DNA of 64,000 nt from a virus. The position numbers and the translations under genes are program-made. A model generated the notes under the pieces. That model saw only the letters and a program-made list of their open reading frames with translations. It had not been told where the DNA came from and did no database searches. The stretch spans positions 1 through 64,000 of the IMG/VR virus record IMGVR_UViG_3300048892_000198, one strand, 5' to 3'. Shown in pieces: positions 1-7,665 of the stretch. Within the stretch, counting starts at the first letter, position 1. Every line of letters begins with the position of its first letter.

Positions 1-58
1 GATGTTCCCGCGGGTAATGCGACGGCGGTGAAGATCTCCCCTTCACGGAAGATTCAAG

Positions 59-383
59 GTCTCGGTTTCCTTAGGGACCGAGCTCCCTTCGCACGCGTGC
101 GGCCCGTACCCCGACATGTTCACGTAAACGTCTCGGTTTCCTTAGGGACCGAGCTCCCTTCGCACAGATCGAGCGTTGGCGCATCGCCGCGCGCGACTTC
201 ACCGTCTCGGTTTCCTTAGGGACCGAGCTCCCTTCGCACCGATGGTGTGGCCCATCCCGGCACTGTCGCGCACGCGGTCTCGGTTTCCTTAGGGACCGAG
301 CTCCCTTCGCACTGCGTTGCCGGCCATCGCCCAAAACGAAACGGTTCGTCTCGGTTTCCTTAGGGACCGAGCTCCCTTCGCAC
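59..383 (-). CRISPR. Type V-M-like CRISPR mini-array with 5 identical 36-nt repeats and 4 spacers
   Basis: Repeat GTCTCGGTTTCCTTAGGGACCGAGCTCCCTTCGCAC (+) at 59-94, 130-165, 204-239, 277-312 and 348-383. Spacers 95-129 (35 nt), 166-203 (38), 240-276 (37) and 313-347 (35). On the - strand the repeat reads GTGCGAAGGGAGCTCGGTCCCTAAGGAAACCGAGAC, with a CTCGGT/ACCGAG stem and a 3' -GAC end as in Cas12m repeats. Orientation inferred from the co-oriented cas gene and the TTC PAM of the self-match. Confidence 0.97.
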
Positions 384-431
384 CAGTCTAGTTGTCACAG
401 AACGATCCCGCGTACTTACAGCGCGGTTTGC

Positions 432-451
432 GAGCGGTTCAGGAACCGCTC
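432..451. other. Hairpin directly after the cas12m stop codon, within the 68-bp gap before the array
   Basis: Perfect inverted repeat GAGCGGTTC-AG-GAACCGCTC; no U-tract follows. Confidence 0.55.
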
Positions 452-1996
452 TCATTCAGCCGCATCGAGCAACTGATTTTTCGAGTTATTTGCATCCTGA
501 TCCCAGGAGGCACCGCACCCCTCGCAGTCGTGCCGAAGCTCGCGGGCCTTATCCCACTTGCAGAGAGCTCCACAGGCATGACAAGTGAGCGTGCGCTTGG
601 CGGGTTTGAGCACTTCGCACGCTTCCCCGAACACGCTCAAGATCTCGGCTCGGAGATAGTGCGGACCGACGAGGAAGCGGTAGTGGCGCGCCGCCGGGAT
701 CTCGTCCTGTCGTTCGCCAGGAGGCGCCCGCATCACGACGCTCCTCATATCGAACGCCTCCACCACGCACGAGTCGTAGCGGGCAAAGAGCTGCCGCGCC
801 CAGAGCCGGTAGATCTCGCGCCTCGAGCGGAGCGCGCCCGAGTATTCATCTCGCTCCCATTGGTAGAGGTGCCGATCGCGACGCGCCCAGTGCTCGCGAT
901 CGGCTGGGTCTTGCTTCTGAGCCTGCTCAAGGGTGAGCCGCACGCGGCCGAGCTCTCGGTGCGTCGCCGACGGGTCAGCGAGGGCCTCTCTTCGAGCTCG
1001 GGTGCGGCCGCGCGCGTCGCCTAGGTGAGCCGTGGCCATTCCATCGGCGAGCGAGCGCAGGGACTCGGCGTGCTTCTGTCGACCGATGAGCGAGTCGGGG
1101 ATGACGAGGCTCGTCTCGACCCCCTGATCGTCCACGGCGTAGGCCACCCGCACGCCGCCCTCGACGCGGCGCCAGCCAAAGTTGATGGCGCATTTGCCGA
1201 TGCCGGTTTTCGGTCGAGTCGCCGCCGCCGTGTCGAGCGTCAAGTGCACGGAGTAGACCCAGCGATCGCCGATGCGGTCGATGATGAGCCGCGCAAAGAT
1301 GATCCGCACCGGGTAGGGGACACCATCCTTGATTCCCAGCTCAGGGAGCGGGCGGTGATAGACGATGGGCACCTCAAGCGACAGCCCATCACGAAGTCGG
1401 AGCGTGATGACGCGGTGACCACAAGGCTTAGTCGGAAAGCGCGGCGTCTTCGCTCGGAGATCTCGCGCGCGGCAATCAGCGCATCGAAACTCTTCGGGGC
1501 CGATCTGCACGGGCCCCTTCAGAGATCGAAGCGCTGCATTCACCGTGAGCTTGGTTGCTCCCTGCACAGTCGCTGCCAGCATGCCCTCACCATCGTAGCG
1601 ACGGAAGCGCGGGCGAGCGCAAGCCATCACGCGCTTGACCCAGGGCCACTGCTTGCGTGCCGCACGGGCGCGGGCCTTGGACTCGTCACTGCGGCGTGTC
1701 TTCATGGCAGCGGCGACCATCTCGGTCACGGCTTGCTTTTGGCCCCAGCCAATCGAGGTCGCCGCGCCGACAGCGCGGCAGGCGGCGTTGTAGGCCAGCC
1801 GATGCTCGGTCTTCTGCGCATCGTCGAGCGGCGCCATCTGGAGATCTTCGGTGAGGTCGCGCGCGGCGATGCGCCAGCGCTCGATCTCAACGAGAGCGTT
1901 GTAGTAGAGGTTCGAGAGGCGCTGCTCGGCGAGCAAGTCCTCGAAGGTGCCGCCGATGACGCGGGGTTTGAGGGCGCCGTATTTGTAGACGAGCAT
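452..1996 (-). CDS. cas12m: Compact Cas12m-like (type V-M / V-U1) effector, 514 aa, predicted nuclease-inactive
   Basis: Adjacent to the array. Motifs shared with Cas12m: YKYGAL, YNALVEIER, RFRRYDGEG, VPIVYHRPLP, RuvC-I CAINFGWRR (catalytic D replaced by N), RuvC-II VVEAFD, C-terminal CHACG...CEGCG zinc finger and WDQDANN. Confidence 0.88.
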   Translation of the reverse strand: MLVYKYGALKPRVIGGTFEDLLAEQRLSNLYYNALVEIERWRIAARDLTEDLQMAPLDDAQKTEHRLAYNAACRAVGAATSIGWGQKQAVTEMVAAAMKTRRSDESKARARAARKQWPWVKRVMACARPRFRRYDGEGMLAATVQGATKLTVNAALRSLKGPVQIGPEEFRCADCRARDLRAKTPRFPTKPCGHRVITLRLRDGLSLEVPIVYHRPLPELGIKDGVPYPVRIIFARLIIDRIGDRWVYSVHLTLDTAAATRPKTGIGKCAINFGWRRVEGGVRVAYAVDDQGVETSLVIPDSLIGRQKHAESLRSLADGMATAHLGDARGRTRARREALADPSATHRELGRVRLTLEQAQKQDPADREHWARRDRHLYQWERDEYSGALRSRREIYRLWARQLFARYDSCVVEAFDMRSVVMRAPPGERQDEIPAARHYRFLVGPHYLRAEILSVFGEACEVLKPAKRTLTCHACGALCKWDKARELRHDCEGCGASWDQDANNSKNQLLDAAE

Positions 1997-2032
1997 GATT
2001 GGGTGCTACGCTGAAAACGCTAGGACTCTTCC

Positions 2033-2821
2033 TCACGCATCCGGGATCGCTCGCACGTACGATTCGTTGCCCGAGGTGCCCACGAAGAGCGCGAGGCAGA
2101 GCATCTCTTCGCCGGCAGGCACGGTCCAGTCGTGCACGCAGTACGCGCGGCGCTCGGTCAGATCGTAGAGGCTCCGGTAGCTCCGGTGTGCGAGCGCATC
2201 GGGGGCGTTGCGAGAGGTGATGATGTACGTATGCCCCGTGTCGGCGCCGAGCTGCAGGAAGGCCTGCTCGCTCTGGAAGTCGAAGATCTGCTCCGGCGTG
2301 AGAAACGCTCTCAGCACAGCGTTGGCGCGGATCTCGGCAGCCTCGAAATCGGGCGCCGGGCAGCCCTGAGTCGGTTGCGCCACCGTGACGGCGGCAGCAG
2401 GCGTTTTGGCAGACTCTTCTTCTTCCGGCGCGGCCATGTCCATGAGCCCGATCGTCTTGTCGGTGATCTGCTCGATGACGCCGTTCTTGTAGCGCACGAC
2501 AGACAGACAGTCGCGCCCAGGCTTCATCGGCTTCTCGAGTGCCTTCTGCACCTTGGAGATCGGCGCCTCGAGCACGATGGACTGCTCATTAGTGGCATCG
2601 AGATCGATCTTTTCGAGTGCGGATGCGCTAGCCCACGGCGATTTGGTGATCCCCGTTCTCTTGGCCTCCGCCATCAGCGATCGCACCGCCACCTTCTCGG
2701 TGGAGGACAGGCCGACGAGGATGAGCCGGGTCTCCCCATTGCTCACCCGTTCCAGGCGGATGTCCCCGTAGAAGCTCGGGAGGTACCAGGTCAACGGTGG
2801 TGGGCGGTGGATGGTCGTCAT
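2033..2821 (-). CDS. Hypothetical protein, 262 aa, directly upstream of cas12m
   Basis: Internal ATG (MTTIHRPP) preceded by AAGGA; plausible composition; ends 36 bp before cas12m. Confidence 0.7.
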   Translation of the reverse strand: MTTIHRPPPLTWYLPSFYGDIRLERVSNGETRLILVGLSSTEKVAVRSLMAEAKRTGITKSPWASASALEKIDLDATNEQSIVLEAPISKVQKALEKPMKPGRDCLSVVRYKNGVIEQITDKTIGLMDMAAPEEEESAKTPAAAVTVAQPTQGCPAPDFEAAEIRANAVLRAFLTPEQIFDFQSEQAFLQLGADTGHTYIITSRNAPDALAHRSYRSLYDLTERRAYCVHDWTVPAGEEMLCLALFVGTSGNESYVRAIPDA

Positions 2822-3479
2822 GGGGATTTCCTTTTGCAATTCGGTCGACGAGTCCGTCGATCTGTTTCTGCAGCACCGCAAGGTGCGGGCTATCGGGCGC
2901 CTGCGCCTTGAGCAGAGCGACGGCGTGGAGGGCTTGGTTGAGCTCGTCATAGAGCTCAAGCCGGGTCGGCGGCAGAGCCGCCTTGAGCTCCCGAGTCTTC
3001 TTCTGCTCGTTGAAGAAACCCTGGAGCATCATCATCAGATCGCGCTGCATCTGCACCTGATCGGGAACGCCGCCAGGGCCAATGGGCACCCCGAACTGAC
3101 CACCAATGTACGCGGGATGCCTAGGCATCACAGCATCGCCGCGAAGGATGTCGCGATCCTCCTGCTCTTCGGCGTAGCCATTGATGTCGCCCATACCCTG
3201 AGCGATGTACTGACCTTCGGCGCCCAAAAGTCCCTGCATGGCGGCCGCTTGATGATCTTGGGCACGGATCTTCTTGGCCTCAGCGACCGTCTTGACGAGT
3301 TCGGCACTGATCTTCTGGCCCATCACGCACAAACGCGCGGCGCGACCGAAGCGATCGATCGAGGTCGTACCGAGGAGCGCACCAACGGCCTCCGACATGG
3401 AGTCGAGCACGGCGCCGAGCTTCGCGTCGGGGGTAGCCGCGGGCGACGGAAGATCGGGGCTCGGGATCGTCTCAGTCAT
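2628..3479 (-). CDS. Hypothetical helical protein
   Basis: 283-aa ORF; its 3' end overlaps the next gene by 194 bp. Confidence 0.6.
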   Translation of the reverse strand: MTETIPSPDLPSPAATPDAKLGAVLDSMSEAVGALLGTTSIDRFGRAARLCVMGQKISAELVKTVAEAKKIRAQDHQAAAMQGLLGAEGQYIAQGMGDINGYAEEQEDRDILRGDAVMPRHPAYIGGQFGVPIGPGGVPDQVQMQRDLMMMLQGFFNEQKKTRELKAALPPTRLELYDELNQALHAVALLKAQAPDSPHLAVLQKQIDGLVDRIAKGNPHDDHPPPTTVDLVPPELLRGHPPGTGEQWGDPAHPRRPVLHREGGGAIADGGGQENGDHQIAVG

Positions 3480-3669
3480 GGCTGGCCACCCGCGCTAGGC
3501 GCCCGACCTGATGATCGATCTTGAGTTGAGCAGCGATGTCCCAGTAGCCCACGTACACGAGCTCTGAATGCGTGCGGCGCGGATCGGTACGGTAAGCGCG
3601 CTCGATGGTTTCTCGCCATTCGGGAGACTTCCACTCGAGCCTCTGAGCGATTCGGTCGCGGTAGCTCAC
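3472..3669 (-). CDS. Small hypothetical protein
   Basis: GTG start (VSYRDRIAQ); stop overlaps the next start. Confidence 0.5.
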   Translation of the reverse strand: MSYRDRIAQRLEWKSPEWRETIERAYRTDPRRTHSELVYVGYWDIAAQLKIDHQVGRLARVASHD

Positions 3670-3937
3670 GTCGCCAGTCTCCTGATCTGACCCACGATGA
3701 TCTCCGTGTAGGTCCACTTCCTCCGATCTTTTTGCACGAGCCTCTCTCGGGCGGCCTTCAGGTGTTTGAAGTCCTCGGTCGGCATGCGTACCGTCAGCAC
3801 ATGATGGCCTGCCTTCAGCGATTGCTTTTTCTGCTGCTGCATATCCGCTTTGATTCCTTGGAGGATCGCGCCACTAGGCTAGCGCGTGACATCTCGGAAC
3901 TATCACGCCACTATCTCGATGGCAAGCCCAGGTTTCT

Positions 3938-4564
3938 CTAGGTGAGCCACTGCCAGATCGCGCCAGCCCAGGCCGCGTAGCCCCGCGCCACCGGATGAAT
4001 CCCATCGGGACCTCGAGGAAGCGTCAGATTTTGCGAGGGGAAGAGCGAGACGCGGGGCTTCACGCGCGGGAGAGTGATCGCATGCTCGCTGTCGATCAGA
4101 CGGCGCACGCTCTGGAGCGATGCGGCGGCAGCGGGCAAGGTTGGCGGCGCAATCCAGGCAATCGCGCGCGGCGAGACGCCTTCGATCATCGTCAGGAGCT
4201 CGGCGGCATAGGGCGCTTGGCGCGCCCCGATGTCTTCGCCCGGCTGCGGGAGCATGTAGGCGTCGTTCGTGCCGAGGGAGATGAGCACGATCGTCGGCTG
4301 GAAGGCGGCGAGGGCAGCGGCCAGGGGCGCCGACGTTGCCCATTGGTCGATGCGTGTGCCGACCGTGGCCATTGACTGGAACGCGAGCCCATTGTCCCGG
4401 CAGAGGGCGCCGAGGGGAGCCGCGAGCCCGACGGCGAGGGAATCACCGAGGAGGAAGACTCGGTCGCCCTTGCGTAGGGTCGGGGCTCCCAGGAGCTCCA
4501 CGAGACCGACGGTCAGGGTGGCGGCGCCGAGGCCGACGTAGATCCAGGCGCGATTGGTGAGCAT
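3938..4564 (-). CDS. Membrane-anchored SGNH/GDSL hydrolase (esterase)
   Basis: Blocks GDSL, ISLGTND and DGIHP; N-terminal hydrophobic helix; start taken at MLTNRAW. Confidence 0.9.
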   Translation of the reverse strand: MLTNRAWIYVGLGAATLTVGLVELLGAPTLRKGDRVFLLGDSLAVGLAAPLGALCRDNGLAFQSMATVGTRIDQWATSAPLAAALAAFQPTIVLISLGTNDAYMLPQPGEDIGARQAPYAAELLTMIEGVSPRAIAWIAPPTLPAAAASLQSVRRLIDSEHAITLPRVKPRVSLFPSQNLTLPRGPDGIHPVARGYAAWAGAIWQWLT

Positions 4565-4613
4565 GCTGGGGCGAGGGGGCGTTTCTGGACTCGCCGAGCG
4601 ATCCAGGGGTACG

Positions 4614-5279
4614 ATGGAGTCTGCCATGGCGACCGACTTCACCGCAAATAACTGTGGCGGGGCGCGTTGGCGCACCAACCCTGGGGGATTCATTGAGGTC
4701 GAGGGCATGGGCATTCCACTTCTGGAGCCCACCTCGCAGAAATTCCGGGAGCTCGCCCAGACCTGGAAGAACTTCGGCAGCGAGCTCGGCTCGGCCGCCG
4801 ACAAGCACCACCTCCCGAGATCTTGGGCTCTTGCCTTCGCGACGGTGGAAACCGGGTTTCTGTCGTCCGACTACGGCGCGCAGGCTCAGGCGGTCTCTGG
4901 CGCAGGGGCCCTCGGCGTCATGCAACTGATGCCGCAGTACTTCACGAAGTACTCGCGCGCGGAGCTGCTCGATCCGAGCGTCAACATCCCGGTCGGCGTG
5001 GGCTTCATCAAGACGCTGTGCGCGTCCGCCGCGTGCCCATGGCGCTGCGAGCTGCCCTATTTGGGCTCGGTATACAACGCGGGGTCAGGATCGAGTTGCA
5101 TCCAGTGTGACCCCGGGAAAAACGTCTTCAACTTCACCGAGGACGCTGACTACTCGATGCAGCTCGTGATCTACAATAACTCGGCGCTGATGTTTTTAAA
5201 TCTCAGCCCGACGTGGCCGTGGCTCGTCGGGGGCGCGCTCGTCGCTGGCGCGGGCGCCGCGGCTTGGCTCTGGCTATGA
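4614..5279 (+). CDS. Lytic transglycosylase (SLT domain) with C-terminal transmembrane anchor
   Basis: ATVETGF (catalytic Glu), AVSGAGALGVMQLMP, LLDPSVNI, YNAG; C-terminal WPWLVGGALVAGAGAAAWLWL. Confidence 0.9.
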   Translation: MESAMATDFTANNCGGARWRTNPGGFIEVEGMGIPLLEPTSQKFRELAQTWKNFGSELGSAADKHHLPRSWALAFATVETGFLSSDYGAQAQAVSGAGALGVMQLMPQYFTKYSRAELLDPSVNIPVGVGFIKTLCASAACPWRCELPYLGSVYNAGSGSSCIQCDPGKNVFNFTEDADYSMQLVIYNNSALMFLNLSPTWPWLVGGALVAGAGAAAWLWL

Positions 5280-5338
5280 CGAGCCCGGGAACACTGCCTC
5301 GGCCGACGCGCGCATGAGTCCACGGATCATATCGCTGG

Positions 5339-5797
5339 TCAGCATGGGTCGAGCTCGCCTTCCGTCCGACACAACTCGCAGCTCGTTCCGGCGCGTATGT
5401 ACTTGGGACTTCCCTTGCGGTAGCCCCATGAGCACCCATGGCGGTGAGCGAGCGCATTCATGCAGCGCTCGCAGGAGATCGCGCGCAAGATCGCTTGCCG
5501 AAGCCCGATCTCTCGCCAGGGAGGGTAGCCGCGGAGGAGAGCGCGAAGCAGGTTCCCGAGTGACGGGCGAGCCATCGCCAGCGCCAAATCCGGGCTGTAG
5601 GTCGTCGTTCCGGACGCGACCTTGCCGACTCCGATGCGGATGATGTCGTCGGTCACGCTGCACGCAAACTGCGTGCGCTGATAGACGTACCCATCCGGCG
5701 GATCGGAAAGCTCGCGGAAGTGTCGCTCGTCTGGGATCCAGCGTTTGCCTTGCTCGTTCTCGTACCAGAGCTCGGGGATCTGGGCAGTCTGTTCCAT
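5339..5797 (-). CDS. Hypothetical protein with Cys pairs
   Basis: ATG (MEQTAQ) with GAGGA RBS; CERC, HGC and CELC. Confidence 0.6.
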   Translation of the reverse strand: MEQTAQIPELWYENEQGKRWIPDERHFRELSDPPDGYVYQRTQFACSVTDDIIRIGVGKVASGTTTYSPDLALAMARPSLGNLLRALLRGYPPWREIGLRQAILRAISCERCMNALAHRHGCSWGYRKGSPKYIRAGTSCELCRTEGELDPC

Positions 5798-5841
5798 TTT
5801 TCCTCGGGGAAGTTTGTCTCGGTCCCGGCGTATGTGATAGA

Positions 5842-5871
5842 ACACTACTGTCTCTGAGACAGTTCCGTCAA
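5842..5871 (-). promoter_or_regulatory. Sigma70-like promoter with a perfect 17-bp palindrome between -35 and -10
   Basis: On the - strand TTGACG-N18-TAGTGT; palindrome ACTGTCTC-T-GAGACAGT at 5847-5863; lies at a divergent gene junction. Confidence 0.6.
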
Positions 5872-5886
5872 GCCCAGAAGGAACCC

Positions 5887-6075
5887 ATGCGCCTCAACCA
5901 AGACCTCACGCTCCGGGAGATCATCGAGCGCCTCGCCAAATCCGGCGGCAGGCTCCACCTCAACTTCGATCACGGCGTCTACCACGCCTACGTGCACGGG
6001 GACGCCAAGATCACGGCCTACGACCGGGGAGACCTGGCCCAGGCCATTGACGGGGCAACCAGGCAAGCTGGATGA
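5887..6075 (+). CDS. Small hypothetical protein
   Basis: AGGA RBS; first of a translationally coupled + strand cluster. Confidence 0.6.
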   Translation: MRLNQDLTLREIIERLAKSGGRLHLNFDHGVYHAYVHGDAKITAYDRGDLAQAIDGATRQAG

Positions 6076-6302
6076 GTCGCTGCATCACCATCGGCGCCTT
6101 CCAAGTGAAGGTACGCCCGCGCCCGCTCGTCGGCACGAAGACCTTCGTGAAGGCGACGGAGCGGGACATGCGGGACTACGAGTGGTCCGAAGGCTTCATG
6201 GCGAGCGGGAAACCCTACGTGGGCGATCCGCGCGCTGGGCTCCGCTGGCGGAAGCGCGACGAGGCTCGGGTTCAGGAGCGCTTAGCGCGCATGAACAAAT
6301 GA
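6072..6302 (+). CDS. Small hypothetical protein
   Basis: ATGA coupling at both ends. Confidence 0.6.
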   Translation: MSRCITIGAFQVKVRPRPLVGTKTFVKATERDMRDYEWSEGFMASGKPYVGDPRAGLRWRKRDEARVQERLARMNK

Positions 6303-6649
6303 CCGCTCTCCTGGTCCTATCATTGATCGGACTCATCGGCGGCTTCACCGCGCTCTACCTGATCTTCTCTCAAGCGGCGAGACGGACGCGCTCGGTAGAT
6401 CTGCCAGCTCCCGGCGAGAAATGGGAGCACCTCTACCCACCGGAGCCACGCTACGATGGGAGCCCGTGGCCTATCCCAGACAAGCCTGGCGAGGTCGTCA
6501 CGGTGACCATCCGCGACACGCAAAACGGATGGGTGCGCTTCTACCATGGGGACAAACCCGATGACTCCGGAGACGGCCCCCGCGATCGCCGAGAGCACAT
6601 CTCGAACTTCATGCGGCGCTTCACGCGCAAGCCCCCGGAAACTCTATGA
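6299..6649 (+). CDS. Hypothetical membrane-anchored protein
   Basis: ATGA-coupled start MTALLVLSLIGLIGG (TM helix). Confidence 0.6.
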   Translation: MTALLVLSLIGLIGGFTALYLIFSQAARRTRSVDLPAPGEKWEHLYPPEPRYDGSPWPIPDKPGEVVTVTIRDTQNGWVRFYHGDKPDDSGDGPRDRREHISNFMRRFTRKPPETL

Positions 6650-7074
6650 GTATGCTTAGGTCCCATGACTGGGAGTACGATCTCGACCTCGCTCGCGCGT
6701 ACACGCGCTACCGCTGCCTCTCCTGCCAATCGTCCAAGTACGAGCACCGCGATGGTCGAGTGACCTATGAAACAGTCACGTTTCCCGACGATCCCACCCA
6801 GCCGCCGCTCATCTCAAAAGAGCTAGCGGAGGAGCCCTGCTGCTTTCCTCCGTTCGATCCCCACATTCCGTTCGAAGATCTTGCGAAGGCGGGATTTGTG
6901 CCGGTCGCACGGGGCTCGAAACCGCAGCCCGTCGAATTGCTGCATGAAGCCACCGTGCGGCGCATCGCGGGGTACCTGCGCGCCGAGAGCTACCTATCTG
7001 CGGCTGAGCGCGTACTCGTCAAAGAGAAGGCGCTGGCGGGCAAACTCGCGGTGCCATGGGTTGACGACTCATGA
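6646..7074 (+). CDS. Hypothetical protein
   Basis: ATGA coupling; HDW...CLSC zinc-ribbon-like N-terminus. Confidence 0.6.
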   Translation: MSMLRSHDWEYDLDLARAYTRYRCLSCQSSKYEHRDGRVTYETVTFPDDPTQPPLISKELAEEPCCFPPFDPHIPFEDLAKAGFVPVARGSKPQPVELLHEATVRRIAGYLRAESYLSAAERVLVKEKALAGKLAVPWVDDS

Positions 7075-7310
7075 CCGTGCGTGCGGTGCAGATACCCAGG
7101 ATCCGCACAGCCTGTGGAGTGCAGCGTGAGACGTATCGCTGCTGCCTCGACATCACTCGCGTGGTCGAGTCTTGGGATCCTCGCGCCAATATCTGGCGTC
7201 CCGAGATCCGACTCTGTCACCTGCACGCGATCGAGTACGTGACCGGGGAGCCAGTCTTCTTGCCGACGTTCGCGCAGCAGGAACTCACGATGCGAAGGCT
7301 CGGCGCGTGA
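7071..7310 (+). CDS. Small hypothetical protein
   Basis: ATGA/GTGA coupling. Confidence 0.5.
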   Translation: MTVRAVQIPRIRTACGVQRETYRCCLDITRVVESWDPRANIWRPEIRLCHLHAIEYVTGEPVFLPTFAQQELTMRRLGA

Positions 7311-7477
7311 AGCCCTGCGACAATTGCAGCGAGCCCTCCAAGCGCCGGTACCGGTGCGCGAGCTGCTCTGCACTCAACTGCTACCTGTGCACTGACCACT
7401 CTTGGAAAGGCGCCTGCTATTGCGTCACCGTCAAGCAATGTGAAGCGCGCCGACGTGAGCGAACCACCCGCGCGTGA
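7307..7477 (+). CDS. Small Cys-rich zinc-finger protein
   Basis: GTGA coupling; CDNC, CASC, CYLC, CYC. Confidence 0.5.
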   Translation: MKPCDNCSEPSKRRYRCASCSALNCYLCTDHSWKGACYCVTVKQCEARRRERTTRA

Positions 7478-7665
7478 AAGCCATCCTCTTTCTCCGCGCG
7501 TTCCTGAGCGAGATCTTCCCGCCCAAGCGCCGCATCGTGCGGCTCATCCGTCCGCACTGGCACACCCACGACTCGGCGCTGCTCGAGTGCGGGCACCGCG
7601 TCGTGGTCCTGAACTACTCCCTGGCTGCCCAGAGCCACGCGCGGTGCAATCGCTGCCTGCGCTAG
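7474..7665 (+). CDS. Small zinc-ribbon protein
   Basis: LECGH...CNRC; GTGA coupling. Confidence 0.55.
   Translation: MKAILFLRAFLSEIFPPKRRIVRLIRPHWHTHDSALLECGHRVVVLNYSLAAQSHARCNRCLR

Noticed and set aside
1-58. Sixth repeat or tracrRNA anti-repeat
   Set aside because: Only a weak partial resemblance (- strand GTGAAGGGGAGATC versus GTGCGAAGGGAGCTC) at the wrong spacing; it may just be the GTGAAG/CTTCAC hairpin at the array end
28-334. ORFs across the CRISPR array
   Set aside because: Artefacts of translating repeats
452-1996. IS200/IS605 TnpB transposon gene
   Set aside because: No TnpA or element ends; an adjacent true CRISPR array and Cas12m-specific motifs fit a type V-M effector better
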